DNA of 64,000 bases, taken from the human T2T-CHM13v2.0 reference genome, Homo sapiens. A program made the position numbers and the translations under genes. Location: NCBI RefSeq assembly GCF_009914755.1, contig NC_060925.1, one strand, 5' to 3'. The notes below the pieces were generated by a model. That model was not told the origin of the DNA and ran no database searches. It was given only the letters and a program-made list of their open reading frames with translations. Below are positions 48,020 through 64,000 of the stretch, in pieces. Every line of letters begins with the position of its first letter. Positions within the stretch are counted from its first letter, which is position 1.

Positions 48020-48021
<2 letters not shown>

Positions 48022-49124
48022 ATTTACGGAGCACATGGTCTTTGAGCTAGGCTAGGAGGGGAGAAGGGGAAAAGACACTGAAGAAAGAGAACTCTAGGAG
48101 CTTCCGCCCAGGTAGGAACATAGAACTATTACTGGGCATTTGCATTCAGGATAATTGGCTTCAATTGTTTGACCCTCACTTAAGGAGTTCAGAGCCAGAA
48201 AGTGGAGGTGGAGGAAGATGTCAAGAATTCTTGAAGGAGGAGTGGGCAGGTGATGAATCTTTACGGGGAAGAAACTGGGGCTAGAAAAAAAGAGCTCATT
48301 ATCAACTGTCAATCAAGTCATCTTTATTCCCGGTCCATCCAGTTTGAGCTAGGCAGAACATATATCACGAGGCTTACTTTTTACAAGCTTATGATAAAAG
48401 TACTATTATCCTCATTTTATGGATGAAGAAACAGTTTTTGGAAGGGCAAATTAACTTGCCCAAGGACAAGTAGGTGAAAACAATGCAGGTGGAATCTGAA
48501 CCTGATTCCGGAGGCCAGACTCTTACCTACTTTCTATGCTGGTCGAAAGCTGTTTAAAGTGGGGAGGGTCATTTCAAAGGAAAGCAGTTTGATCCAGTTT
48601 AAACCTGATTTGAGATACTTAAACTAGTTGAAATGGATCAGAGCCAGTTTCACTGAGTTTAAATTAGTAAGAATAAGTTGATCCAATTTGAAGTCAGCTG
48701 TATTTGTTTAAAAAAGTAATTCCTATGTCTATTTTCTATTAATCAGAAACATAATTATCAATCAGAGCTTTGGGTCAGCGTTGCTGATAAGTTTGGCTAA
48801 GTCCTTGCAAATGTAATAAAGCATCATGACATTTTATTGCAGTAGGCATCTTAAAATCTATACACTTTTCAATTAGATAATTAGATTTCTTTTTCTTTTT
48901 GTCTTTTTTTTTTTTTTTGAGACAGGGTCTTACTCTGTTGCCCATGTTAGAGTGCAGTGGTGTACAATTTTGGCTCACTGCAGCCTTGATATCCAGGACT
49001 CAGGTGTTTCTCCCACCTCAGCCTCCTGAGTAGCTGGGACTACAGCTGCATGCCACCATGCCTGGCTAATTTTTGTATTTTTTGTAGAGATGGGGTTTCA
49101 CTATGTTGCCCAGGCTGGTCTTGA

Positions 49125-49277
<153 letters not shown>

Positions 49278-49638
49278 TAGTCATTTATCTATATCAGTAT
49301 GGACTCATGGATTCTCATTTTATTCAACTGATTACAATCCATTATTATTAATATTTAACTCAAATTGTCTAGATTTGTCCAGTAGGGTCTCTTTCAAATG
49401 GTATCTGTATCCCTTTGACATATCCATTCCATTCTTTGAACACGAGCTATTGCAGACTCTTCTTGTATTTGCCCCACCCAGCCCTGGAATCAGCAATTTC
49501 TCTAAGGAGCCCTGGTTCCATTGAGTGGGGAGTGGTAGTTAGAAACCAAGCTCTCTAGGTGTGCTTGCTGCTGTTGGTGTGCCATTGCTTAGACACACCA
49601 AAAGCTTTGTCCACCTCTTAGCCAACATACTAGAAAAT

Positions 49639-49640
<2 letters not shown>

Positions 49641-49670
<30 letters not shown>
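49641..49670. repeat. (GT)15 microsatellite
   Basis: Direct read. Confidence 0.95.
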
Positions 49671-49675
<5 letters not shown>

Positions 49676-49950
49676 ACCTTGAGTTCATGCCTTCCTTCCA
49701 TCCATATTTGTAACTCCCTTATCTAATAGTGAGAAATGTGGCTCTAGGGATTTGATTTTGAAGGAGCAGTATCTATAAATTAGGTCTACTTGGCTTCTGT
49801 GTGTGTGTATATGAGTAAAAATGTGCTGTGATTCCCTCTCCAGTCTCTCCGTCTTTGTCTATCTGCACATGTATATGTCTTCCAGATTCCATCACTCTTT
49901 GCCCTCTAGTTTTTCTGCTGTCTGTATCTCTGATTGTGATCAAGACCTAG

Positions 49951-50358
<408 letters not shown>

Positions 50359-52416
50359 TGAAGTGCTGGGATTACAGGCATGAGCCACCTCACCCAGCCT
50401 GGAGTACATTTTTATTATAATAGTTATGGAATAGTTTTATTCTTACTATTTTTCAGTTAGGTAGTTGAGTTTAATGTTTTCTATATTTTTATTTTTTATT
50501 AGTTATTATAAGTAATGTTTGCTATATTTTTAAAGCCCTTAAATTAACTTGCTTTTTAAGTGGGTGCCTCTGACTGACTGATCCTTCCATGGGTCAGTGA
50601 CTTTCAATCAGAAGAAAGGCTTCCCCAAATTCTTACTATAGAGCATCCACTGTTCTCATCGGAGCATCCCTGGGTCACTGTGTAATCATGAGAAAGTCAC
50701 TTGATCTCTCTGGGCCTCATTGTAAGATGGTTTTAATGATCCTTTTCCCTTCCTGCCACATGGTCCAGATGTGAGGTCAGGCACACTGTTATTGAGGAGA
50801 GAAGGAAAACCAGCTAAAGAGTTCATTTTTTAACATAATCAATTATATAATAAATTATGATGGAAAGAATCATCTCCCGTCTACATGGGAGTATATCCAT
50901 TATAATACCACATGATAGACTCTTCATACCACAGAAATTAAAGACTCGCCACTGTTCCAGACATGACTTCCTCTTCTCCCCATGGAAGCAGACTTCATGG
51001 ATAAAACCCAAATCCTACTCGGTTTATAGGAGAAGTCTTCCTGTCAAGGAATAGAAAGATGATTATAGATCTTCTCTTCATCAATTTGGATACCTCTCTT
51101 GAAGATTAGGAGATAAAGTCACAGAAGATAACACTAGAATTTGTCAGTCAGGAGCCACATCTATTAGGGTTTCCTGAATCCTCTCCCTGGGTCCCCAAAA
51201 CCAACCATAAAACTTCTTTCTGGTCTGGACCTGTTATCTGTAAAGCCTCAGTTTGATTGAGGATGGGGAACCTTGGGGAATTTCTTTGACCTTGCCAGAA
51301 TCTCTGCAAGTCTTCCAAATGGACTCCCGGCTTTCCATCTCTCCCTCTCCAACCAGTCTTAACAATATTTTATGCATGTTGTTTTCTGCTCAGAAATCTT
51401 CAGTAGCTCCCCAATAAGCACATAATATAGGTCCCAATTTCTTAGCCTAGCCTTCAAAGCCGCTTAACTCCTATCTCCACCCATCCCATGTGGAGCAGGA
51501 TAGGGGCTAAGAGCAGGGGGCTCTGGAATAGATCTGCAGGGTTTGAATTCCAATTCTTCCACTTATTATCTGTGGGGCCTTGGAAGTTGTTTACTCTGTC
51601 CATGCCTCAGTTTCCTCATCCACAAATGGGAACAATGTTAATAATACCTACCTCAAAAGGTTATTACCTACATGATAATTAATTAATATATAAAAAGGCC
51701 CCTTCATCAGTACTTGACATATAGTAATGTTAGACCATTGCTCCCCGATACACCCTTTTTAATCTAGTCTCCACACGGCAGCCAGTGTTAAACATAAATT
51801 GGATTATATAATTTCTCTGCTCAGAATTCCCCAATGGCTTCTCATCCCATTTGGAGAAAAAGTCAAAGTCGATACAGTGGACTGTAGGACTCTACAAGAC
51901 CTGGCCTTCTTGGTACGTCTCTGACCTCGTCTCCCACCCACCCCTCCCTTGCTCCTCCGCTCCCGTCCTCCTGTCATTGCTGTTCCTGCACACACGGGCC
52001 CATTCCCACCCCCGGGCCTCCTTTGTACTTGCTTTTCTTTCTTTATTTCTTTCTTTTCTTTTCTTTTCTTTTTATTTTGAGACAGAGTCTCACTCTGTCA
52101 CCAGGCTGGAGTGCAGTGGTTAAATCTCGACTCACTGTAACCTCCAACTCCCTGGTTCAAACAATTCTCTTGCCTCAGCCTCCTGAGTAGCTGGGACTAC
52201 AGGCGCCTGCCACCATGCCTGGCTAATTTTTTGTATTTTTAGTAGAGATGGGGTTTCACTGTGTTAGCCAGGATGGTCTCTATCTCCTGACTTCGTGATC
52301 TGCCTGCCTTGGCCTCCCAAAGTGCTAGGATTACAGGCGTGAGCCACTGTGCCCGGCCAACTCTATTTCAATCAAACTACTTATTGATTTATGAAACATC
52401 CCTTTCCTAGGGGTGA

Positions 52417-53107
<691 letters not shown>

Positions 53108-54175
53108 TGACTTCAAGTGATCTGCCCGCCTTGGACTCCCAAAGTGCTGGGATTACAGATGTGAGCCACCGTGCCCGGCCCAGCAAGCCTTCTCTAGCCA
53201 TGCCAGCCCCCTGGGAGTTCTTCCTTCTCTGAGCCCGCATGGCCCTCATGCCTGGGCACCCTCCTTGGCAATAAGCCTTCCCTTTGCTGAGTCATATGCT
53301 GGTCCTTTTCCCTTAAAGGGCAGCTCATATGCCTTATCCTATCTGTAATAGCTTGCACTGTGCTGGACACTTAGCAAGTAGTCTAAAAATCACTGTTGCT
53401 TTAGTCAAAATGTTTTAGGAGGCAAGTAACACACTCCTTCAAGTCAGCTTGAGATGGTGAGATCCTGGAGAAGCTCATAGAATCCAAGGTAAAGCAGAAC
53501 ATTGAGGATACACTGGCAAGAACCAAGCCCTTGTCAGCTCCTTCAGCAGCCAGAGTTCTCGAAAATTCTGCCTTTATGGGTTGCAGTCCTCCCACATGGG
53601 CGCTATGCCCCTTAGTTCAGAAAGACAGTTTGATAGGCTCAGCCTGGGTCAGGCGTCCTCTCTGTTCCAATCCCCTTTGTCCAGGAGGGCAGGTTCTTGG
53701 AGAACAAGCATGGCTGCTGGATGCCCTGTGTGTATCTGTGTGTATCTGTGCATGTGGTTGGAGACTGGCTCTCTAGTAGAACGGCTGGGCAGATACAGAG
53801 ATTCTTTTGTGCCTTCTTTTTCTCCAACTCCCATGTTCCTAAAAACGTGATTTTTTTCAACGAATGTATCTGGAGCACAAAAATCTCAAGAAAAATATTG
53901 CTATAGAAGAGGATAAACCTATCAATTCTGCTACTGAATAGAAAAACCTATTACAATTTTCATATCTGTGCCATATTAAATATTCACAGAAGGGCCCACT
54001 CTTGGCCAGGCGCAGTGGCTCATGCCTGTAATTCCAGCACTTTGGGAGGCCTAGGCGGGAGGATCACCTAAGGTCAGGAGTTCCAGACCAGCCTGGCCAA
54101 CATGGTGAAACCCCGTCTCTACTAAAAATACAAAAATTAGCCAGGCATGGTGGCGAGTGCCTGTAATCTCAGTTA

Positions 54176-54340
<165 letters not shown>

Positions 54341-54619
54341 TCACTGTGGATATGTGTGGGCCACGGGGAGCTGAGAAATGGAAGGAACAATATAGGGGAA
54401 AAAAAAACCTGGAACCATGACATTGTAATATAATTGATTTGCCAAGGCCGGGCACGGTGGCTCACGCCTGTGATCCCAGCACTTTGGGAGGCCGAGGTGG
54501 GTGGATCATGAGGTCAGGAGTTCGAGACCAGCCTGGCCAACATGGTGAAACCCTGTCTCTACTAAAAATACAAAAATTAGCCGGGTGTGGTGGCGCGCAC
54601 CTGTAATTCCAGCTACTCA

Positions 54620-54724
<105 letters not shown>

Positions 54725-54838
54725 TTAAAAAAAAAAAAAAAAAAGGCCGGGCGTGGTGGTTTATGCCTGTAATCCCAGCACTTCGGGAGGCCGAGGCGGG
54801 TGGATCATGAGGTCAGGAGATCGAGACCATCCTGGCTA

Positions 54839-55067
<229 letters not shown>

Positions 55068-55591
55068 CTAGCCCTATGTATCAATTAAGAAGAGAACCCA
55101 GGGCTGCCCATCACCATGGCAGCCTTGTTCACCATATTTACCATGGGGGCCAGGGTGCTGGCAACAGCTTTGTGGAGGACCTGCAGGCGCCAGGCCCTTT
55201 CCTGAGAGCCCCGTCCCGGTGCTGTCACACGGAGGCTGTGTCTGTTACCGTGGGGTCAGACAACCACAGCTGAAGGAAACAGTGAATTCAGCTCGGCAGC
55301 ATGTGGGGCGTCACAGGAAAGAAGAAAACAAGTGAGGAGTGAAGTGCCTTGATTTCCCTTCTTGATTCTTGGTGTCTCACCCTACCTACAAATAGTATTT
55401 TATTATTTTATTTTATTTTGTTTGTTTATTTATTTATTTATTGAGATAGGTTCTTTCTCTGTCACCCAGGCTGGAGTGCAGTGGTAAAATCATAGCTCAC
55501 TACAGCCTCTAACTCCTGGGCTCAAGAGATCCTCCAACCTCAGCCTCCCACGTAGCTGGGACTACAGGCACATGCCGCCACACCTGGCTAA

Positions 55592-55729
<138 letters not shown>

Positions 55730-56707
55730 TGACCCTACAAAGAACATTTGACATTTTTCCATGGGGCCAAGGACCCATGGAGTCCTTGGGGCCTCATTCC
55801 TGCTCTCCCGTCCAGGCCAAGACCCTCTGCAATCCTTGACAGCACAGGCTCCGTACTGTGGAACTCACAGTGCATGGCCACCTTCTCCTTCTGAGTCTTC
55901 TGAGTCCAAAATGGGGCCCAAGGTTTCCTGAGCCCACCAGCAGGGAGGAAGAGGCTAGAGGACACAGCCCAGGTGGATGGGCTCAAAGTCAGAACACCTG
56001 TTTCTGGTCCTGGATGTTCTGCTGACTTGCTGAGTGGATCTGGGCAAATCCTTTTTTCCTCTATGAAAAAGGATAATATAGCTGAGCTCAGTGGCTCATG
56101 ACTATAATCCCAGCACTTTGGGTGGCCGAGGTGGGCAGATTGCCTGAGGTCAGGAGTTTGAGACCAGCCTGGCCAACATGGTAAAACCCCATCTCTACTA
56201 AAAATACAAAAATTAGCCGAGCGTAGTGGCACATGCCTGTAGTCCCAGCTATTCAGGAGGCTGAGGTGGGAGGATCTCATGAGCCTGGGAGGTGGAGGTT
56301 GCAGTGGGCGGAGATCGCGCCACTGCACTCCAACCTGGGTGACAGAGCGAGAGTCCACCTCAGACAAACAAACAACCCACCATAGTAACTACCACTTCCT
56401 GAGAGCCAAGCGTGTGCCGGCTCTGTGCCTCACATTCACGTCTCTCAGTGAATTCTGGGTGATCCTGGGGATGGGTCCTATTACAATTCCTGTTTTCCAG
56501 ATGAGGAAACTGAGGCTCAAGAGATGCATTACTGGAGTAAGGTGAGAAAGCTTTGTGCTGAATCCTGGATTTGATCCAGGGCATCTGACTCCAGCACCTT
56601 TCCTGAGCTATATATATGAAACCTCCCTGAAATAGCTTTCATTTTATGGAGCACGTGCTATTTTCCAGGAACTGTGCCGAGAGCTTTGCATCCATTTATC
56701 TCCTTGA

Positions 56708-57402
<695 letters not shown>

Positions 57403-59271
57403 TAAAGTGCTGGGATTGCAGGCGTGAGCCATCACGCCTGGCTCTTTTAAATAAATATTAAACAACTGAACCTGGAACCTTCAGAACACATTGGTTATGT
57501 GAGATCCACTCATCTGTTTATCTGTTGCACAATCTGCCTGGGTGTGGCAGAACATAAGCTCCTTGGAGGCTGGGACCTTATTGGTCTAGTCTGTTGTTGT
57601 GTCCTCAACACCTCTGTGCATGTCTGGCACATAACAGGCACAATAAGTATTTGTTGGATAAATGAATGACTCCAGACAACAAATCTATGGAGTACATAGC
57701 ACTACTAACTGCATTTTACAGATAAGGAAACCAAGGCCCAGGTGTGAAACAACTAGCACAGAGTCAGAGGGCGATGCAGGAACAATGTAAACCCTGAGCC
57801 TCCCCTGATGAGTCCGAATGGCTCCTCCCAGCTCCATACCTGGAGGTGTGAACGCTCTCATCTTTATCATAAAAAGAGAGGGACTGTGTACCAACCCTCT
57901 GTTCAGTGGGCTGGACTGGGAAGACAGGCCTTTTGCTTGTTTTCATTCTATTTCTCCAGCGAGAGTGCAGAGGTTTGGACCCCCGTTGAGGCCAGACTGA
58001 CAGGATTAGAGGAAACAGCTGGGCTGAGTCCGTGCCCTGCAGGAGGGAGCTCACATTCCCGGACTCTGGGAGAGAGCAGCTCCCCACAGCTCAGTCACAT
58101 TCCAGGTCGGTCATTTTCCTGAGCCCAGATGTTTGCTAATGAGCTGGGGAGAGGGGCTTTTAGCCCTGAGCCCCAGCTCTGGGCCCCACATTACCTCGGC
58201 CCCAAGAGGCTGGCCCAGGGCCAGGAGGCTCTGGCCTCAGGCCCATGCCCTGTGCCAGCCAGGCCTGTAGGGGCAGCTGGAACACCACTGCCAACCAGGT
58301 GCATCTGCTCGAGCTGGGACACTCTGACGTGACAGGTTCTGCCTTTCCCGCTGGGGCCCCTGGGGTCCATCTTCAGTGCAGCATCCCTGCTGCAGCCTGA
58401 TGGGGAGGAGCACTGAGGCAGCCGAGAGGGTGGAGAGGGTGTGGTGGGCAAGGAAGCATGGACTTTGGTGTTGACAGGTCTGGGCTCAAGTCCAGGCTTT
58501 GTTAATCACTAGCAATGTGGTCTTGAGCAGGTAATGACACATTTTGGTGCCTCGATTTTTCTTACCTGTAAAATGGGAACAATGATGGGACTGTGGTAAG
58601 GATTAGAGGAGATGAAGCAGACAGAGTGACCAGCATAATGCCTGGCACAAAATGGGTAGATATTACTACCAAGTTACTTCCCAGGCCCCCTGCCCACACT
58701 GTAGCTTTCCCGTCACCAGACAGATGGTGACTCAACTCCAAACCCTTTGTCCCTGATTAGGGGGTTGGTGTTGTTCTTGAACCTCCCGGTGTTTGAGAGA
58801 TGGTGGGCTGCCCTGTCAAGGGCACTGGCTGGAAGTTGTGGCTTCTACTCCTGGCTCTATGTGTGATCTGACCAGCTCATCAGGCTCCACAATTAGCTTT
58901 CTGCAATGTGGGAGTGGATTCTTACAAAATGTAGAACTCCACTTTCTACCCTGCTCGGGGTCTGCATGAAAGATGGCGGGGGTAAGCTTTGGCTGCAAAA
59001 TGGTAAATATTTCCTGAGTGTCTACTGTGTACAGTGCAGTGAGGCTGGTTTCTGCCGTACATGGTATATAGTTATCCAACAGACACTAGCTGGCATGGGC
59101 TCTTACTGTGTGACTTTAGGCGAGTTACTTAACCTTTCTCTTGACGTTCCTTTTTTCACTTTTTTTTTTTTTTTTTTGAGACAAGGCCTTGCTGGAGTGA
59201 CAAGCTCATTAGGTTCCACAATTAGCCTTCTGCAATGTTGTCCAGGCTGGAGTACAGTGGCACAATCATAG

Positions 59272-59691
<420 letters not shown>

Positions 59692-59828
59692 TTATTGTGA
59701 GAGTGGCAACAGCTTGCAATGGGATGAGGCACATGGTAAGGTGCTCAATATGTGTGAACTATTATAACGGTCATAGTTACCATTAAGGGAAGACCTATCT
59801 GTGCTACATTAATGGGGGATAATAATTA

Positions 59829-60110
<282 letters not shown>

Positions 60111-60153
60111 CTAATAATAATAATAATAACAACAACAACAACAACAACAACAA
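60111..60153. repeat. Compound (AAT)n(AAC)n microsatellite from an Alu tail
   Basis: Direct read. Confidence 0.9.
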
Positions 60154-60254
60154 CTTCATTCAACCAAATACATTGTACATCTCACCTGGCCTGCCCATAA
60201 GCAATGGAGACACTGAAATAAACACGATTCCTGCCCTCAAGGTCTAATGGAGGA

Positions 60255-60541
60255 AAGAGATGTACACAGCTATTCTAGAGGGAAATTGACATGAACAGAA
60301 GTTCTCATCCTGTGCTCCAGGATCACACTGGAGGAGGGAGATGCTCCCAGAGGGTCTTGGGAAGGCTTTCCAATCTGGAGCTGGAAGAATGTTTGCCCAA
60401 GAGATGTACACAGCTATTCTAGAGGGAAATTGACATGAACAGAAGTTCTCATCCTGTGCTCCAGGATCACACTGGAGGAGGGAGATGCTCCCAGAGGGTC
60501 TTGGGAAGGCTTTCCAATCTGGAGCTGGAAGAATGTTTGCC
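60255..60541. repeat. Perfect 144-bp direct tandem duplication (2 copies)
   Basis: Copy 1 from 60255 and copy 2 from 60399 are identical by eye; visible as a repeated 48-aa block in ORF 60244-60651. Confidence 0.95.
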
Positions 60542-60688
60542 AGAGATGAAAGGAGGGGAAGGGAATTCCGGGCAGAGGGAAGGGCGCAGGCAACAGCTAG
60601 GAGGCGCAGATGCAGGCTGGGTGTGGAGGGTGCGAGTAGGCTGGAGTACACCAGGGAGTTCCCAGCAGGCCACTAGGAGCCACCCAGG

Positions 60689-60774
60689 ATGCCCGGCAAC
60701 CTCATGAGTCAGACAAGCAGGGCTGTGTCTATCTGGAAGTTTCCAGCCAAGCTAGGTAAAACACATGGACACAG
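60689..60774 (+). CDS. NBL1: NBL1 (DAN) long-isoform coding first exon, MPGNLMSQTSRAVSIWKFPAKLGKTHGH(R)
   Basis: ATG at 60689, donor CAG|gtaact after 60774; the peptide matches my recollection of the N-terminal extension of the long NBL1 isoform. Confidence 0.8.
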
Positions 60775-61069
60775 GTAACTATGCTGTAAAGCAAAATCCC
60801 CAAGTCCTACAATCGTGTCCCAGTGGTGTCCCTGGGCCACCACTTTCCAGAAGCAAAGTTATTTTCTCACCCCGTTGTTAAGCACACAGAATAGAGAAGG
60901 TACGGCCGCAATCCACCCAAGTGCCCACTGATTAGATAGGAACCCCCGAGGTGAGGCTGGAAGCTGGGGCCAGGAGCTCCACTCTTCCCAGGAGTCAGAG
61001 AAGTGAGTTCATTTGCTGGCTTTTTAGTTCCTAATAAGTCCCTGGGGCTTTTCGGGATGCTTAAGCCAA

Positions 61070-62830
61070 GGGCGTGGGGCCGAGAGCGACACTAGGATAA
61101 CACTAGGCAAGGCTGAGCAACCCAGGCTACCAACAGCACGGACTTGAACCGGGTCGCATGCCGGAGCGGACGGGATGAGGTGCACCGCAGAACTGGGGAC
61201 TCCTGGTGCCGGGACGCGGCGGGCTGGGGCGCCCCACTCTCGGGGCAAGTCTGCAATGCCCGGTGCCCACAAAAAGGACACATCCATCTTTGTCACCCCG
61301 AGGCCTGGCACGGCCTGACGGCCCAGGCTCGGTAAAAGTCGGGCGGAGAGAGTGGAAGCGCAGAGAAACCCGGGGAGGGCGCTTAAGAACGGGCCAGGGC
61401 GCCCGGCTGGGCTGCCCTGCCTCTCGGGCGCCGGCCAGGCGTCCCGGCCGCCCCACCACGCCGTCGGAGCGCGCCGAAGCTCAGCCCGGGGCGGGCGGGC
61501 CAGGAGAGGGCCCGGGGCCCCTGCCGCCGCGGCGCCCCCTCCTGCGCACCCGGAGGGAGAGGCCGCGCGCGCCCGCCCGCTCTTTCTGCGCGCGGCCCTC
61601 CCCGCTGCCGCCGCCCTCGCGCCCTGTTTGGAGGGAGCCACCCTGACGTCGGAGCCGCTCCCCCGCGCCGCGCGCCCGCCCGGGGCCGCAGACAGCGCGC
61701 AGCGCAGCCCAGCCGAGCGTCGCGGGGCCGCCCCCCGCCCTGCCGGCCGCCTCGCCGAGCCTCCTGGGGCGCCCGGGCCCGCGACCCCCGCACCCAGCTC
61801 CGCAGGACCGGCGGGCGCGCGCGGTAAGTCCCGCCCGGGTCGGCACGCGGGCGCCCGGCTTCCAGAGGCTTCGGCCGCGGGGGCAGTGCCGCGCCCCCAG
61901 CCCGGAGCTGCGTCCCCCGGCGCGTCCGGCGGCCGCGGGCACCGGGTGGAGGCGCCGCCGCCGAGCTCAGGAGCCCTGGGGGACCTGGCGGGCGCCTCCG
62001 GACGCCGGCGCTGGGGACGTGGGCGCGGCACGGGGTGGCCGGGGGGCACCGCCGCGTCCGGAGCCCGTCCCCAGACTCGCCCCAGGGTTCCGTTTCTGGA
62101 TCGGAGTTTCCGCGGCCGGGAGAGAGAGGGAGCGAGGGAGGGAGATGCGTGGCCGGGCGGGCCGGGCTCGCATGTCCCCCGGCCGTGCCCGGGCCTCGCC
62201 GCGCCGCGCCTCTCGGCTCTGGACGTTTCCGCCTCCCGCGGCCCCCTCTGCTTCGGTCCCCACGTCCGTGTGTCTGTCTCTCCGTCGCTCCGTTTCCGCC
62301 GCTCACTTTCCCCTGGTCTGCCCGTCTCTTTCCGTTCCCCGCCTGCCTCCGTGTTCGGCTGCCCGCGTTTGTGTCTCTGCCTCTGGCTTTTCTCTCCCTC
62401 TCTCTGTCTCTGCGCTGCCCTCTGTGGGGGTCTCGCCCTGTGTCTGCGCCTCTCCCTGATCCCCCGCCCTCCGATCCAGACAATCCCCCAGTGTCGGAGG
62501 CTCGCCTTCCCCCAGCGGGGTTCACGAATAGTTTCCTAGACCGGGTGCGGCAAACCCTCCCCCTGCCTCCCGCCGGCCCCGAGGCCTGGCCCGGGTCATC
62601 TCCCTGGAATTGAGTCTGGGGCAGGGAGAGCCAGCCTTTCCGGGGGCTCAGTTTTCTTAAGAATTCCACCCCCGCGAGGCCGGCTGGACGACAGGCCCTG
62701 CTGCGGGCCACCTGCCCGGCCCGCTCCCAGGGCGGGGCGATTCTGATCGTTTACAAGCGGCGGCAAAGGGGGCAGCCGCCTGCCTTGGCGTGGCCGGAGG
62801 TTGGCGGGCATCAAGGGAGAAAGCCACACT
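61070..62830. promoter_or_regulatory. CpG island and promoter of NBL1 (GC boxes, CRE-like TGACGTC near 61644)
   Basis: Very high GC and CpG density; multiple GGGCGG/CCGCCC boxes. Confidence 0.9.
61640..61823 (+). other. NBL1: NBL1 major non-coding first exon (5' boundary approximate)
   Basis: Consensus donor GCG|gtaagt after 61823 at the core of the CpG island; no ATG in the exon. Confidence 0.7.
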
Positions 62831-64000
62831 TCCAGGCTTTCGGAGGCCCTCGCTCCCCAAGCTGGACGCCACCAGCCTGTAACTAGGGGCACCCCAGGAA
62901 AACAGAGGTCAGGGCTGGAGGCCAAAGACCGGGCGCTGGCGGGGAAGCAATTTGTCAACAAGGAGCCCCTCACCCTTTGTTACTGCGGAATGGGGCCTCC
63001 CTAGACTCCCCCAGATGCTGGGGCTGCTTGGGCGTGGTTTGCCTTGAGTTGGGGCCAAAGAAAAGGCGAGGCTGCAGCGTTTCCTCGGTGACCCCTACCC
63101 CTCTCCACCCACCCCTGCAAGCTGGACCTCTCTCCCGGGCCTGTGTTTTGGAGGGGTGGACAGGGGAGTAGGTGTTCTGCATCGGCCAGGGATATCGCCT
63201 CATTATTTTAAAGTGAAATTTCAGGCTGAGTTTAGCTGCTTCCCCCCACCCACAACCTCAAGGGTCGGAGGCTGCCGGAGCGGGCAGGGTTGTTGGTGAG
63301 GTCTGCAGTGGAACTTCTGCTGAGCAGATGTGCAGCCTGGCCCTGCAGCAGCTCATTAGCATGGATTTGTTTTGGAGACTGTTTTTCGTTTGCGGGCAGG
63401 AGGGTCTGCGGTAAGGAGGGCCGTGGCCTGGGTTTGGGGGCTGGCACAGAGGTGGTCAGGGCTGGAAGATGCAGGCAGGCCTGGGTGGCACGGGGTCGGC
63501 CCTGTGTGTCCGCCCTCTGGACAGTTGACTCATGCTCTCCCCAGTGCTGAAGGAAGGAAGGAAAAGCCACCCTGCCGTGAGACTGGGGTCGTGGAATCAC
63601 AGCGGCCTTAAGCAGTATGCTGGAGCCAGGCTCCTCCCTGGGGGATCTGCTGAAATGGACGTTCCCAGGCCAGGCTGCCCATTTTACAGATGCAAACGTG
63701 AAGCTGAGGGGGGAAGCAAATGGTCAGTGGCTCGAGCTATAACCATTAGACTCTCCTGACTCCAGGCACACAGAAAGCCAATGTATGAGCTTTGGCCAGA
63801 ACTCATCCTCAAACCCCAGAGTGAGCCCAGGAAACCCGGTTGGGCTGACCAGAGCCGGGGCCTGACCTGGGTGAGCAGGGAGCCCCAAGCCTGACACTGC
63901 CTTGCCCCTTCACAGAGCAACAATTTCAGTTGCACCATTCAAGGAAGTCCCTGTGCTCATTTCAAGACCTGGAGCGATCGCCCCGCCCTTGCCAAGCCCC

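Noticed and set aside
60244-60651. 135-aa ORF with an internal 48-aa repeat
   Set aside because: The repeat is simply the 144-bp DNA duplication; no evidence of coding function
61024-62711. Long overlapping ORFs of 341-442 aa on both strands
   Set aside because: Stop-codon depletion in a very GC-rich CpG island; low-complexity A/R/G/P composition, mostly non-ATG starts, no recognisable domain

Overview
Alu-rich primate (human-like) genomic DNA, recognisable as the MICOS10 (MINOS1/C1orf151) - NBL1 locus (human 1p36.13; identified from remembered protein sequence, no database search run). The + strand carries the complete 4-exon MICOS10 CDS (14490-14553, 39548-39595, 40922-41031, 43835-43849; 78 aa) with a CpG-island promoter and proximal/distal polyA signals. 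A sense-oriented processed RPS14 pseudogene (RPS14P3, 25523-26075) sits inside an old L1 in intron 1. The 5' end of NBL1 follows: an upstream coding first exon (60689-60774) and a CpG-island non-coding first exon ending at 61823; the rest of NBL1 lies beyond the window. Nearly all ORFs in the supplied track are Alu or GC-rich artefacts. I found no wholly new gene system. The best leads are: several splice-competent extra MICOS10 exons (a poison exon, an in-frame 99-nt cassette/alternative start, and a 140-aa C-terminal variant); a perfect 144-bp tandem duplication just upstream of the NBL1 alternative first exon; an open RPS14 pseudogene ORF with a frameshifted tail; a closely spaced inverted Alu pair in the long MICOS10 3'UTR; and several atypical insertion or duplication scars. 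Repeat coordinates and subfamilies are by eye and approximate.
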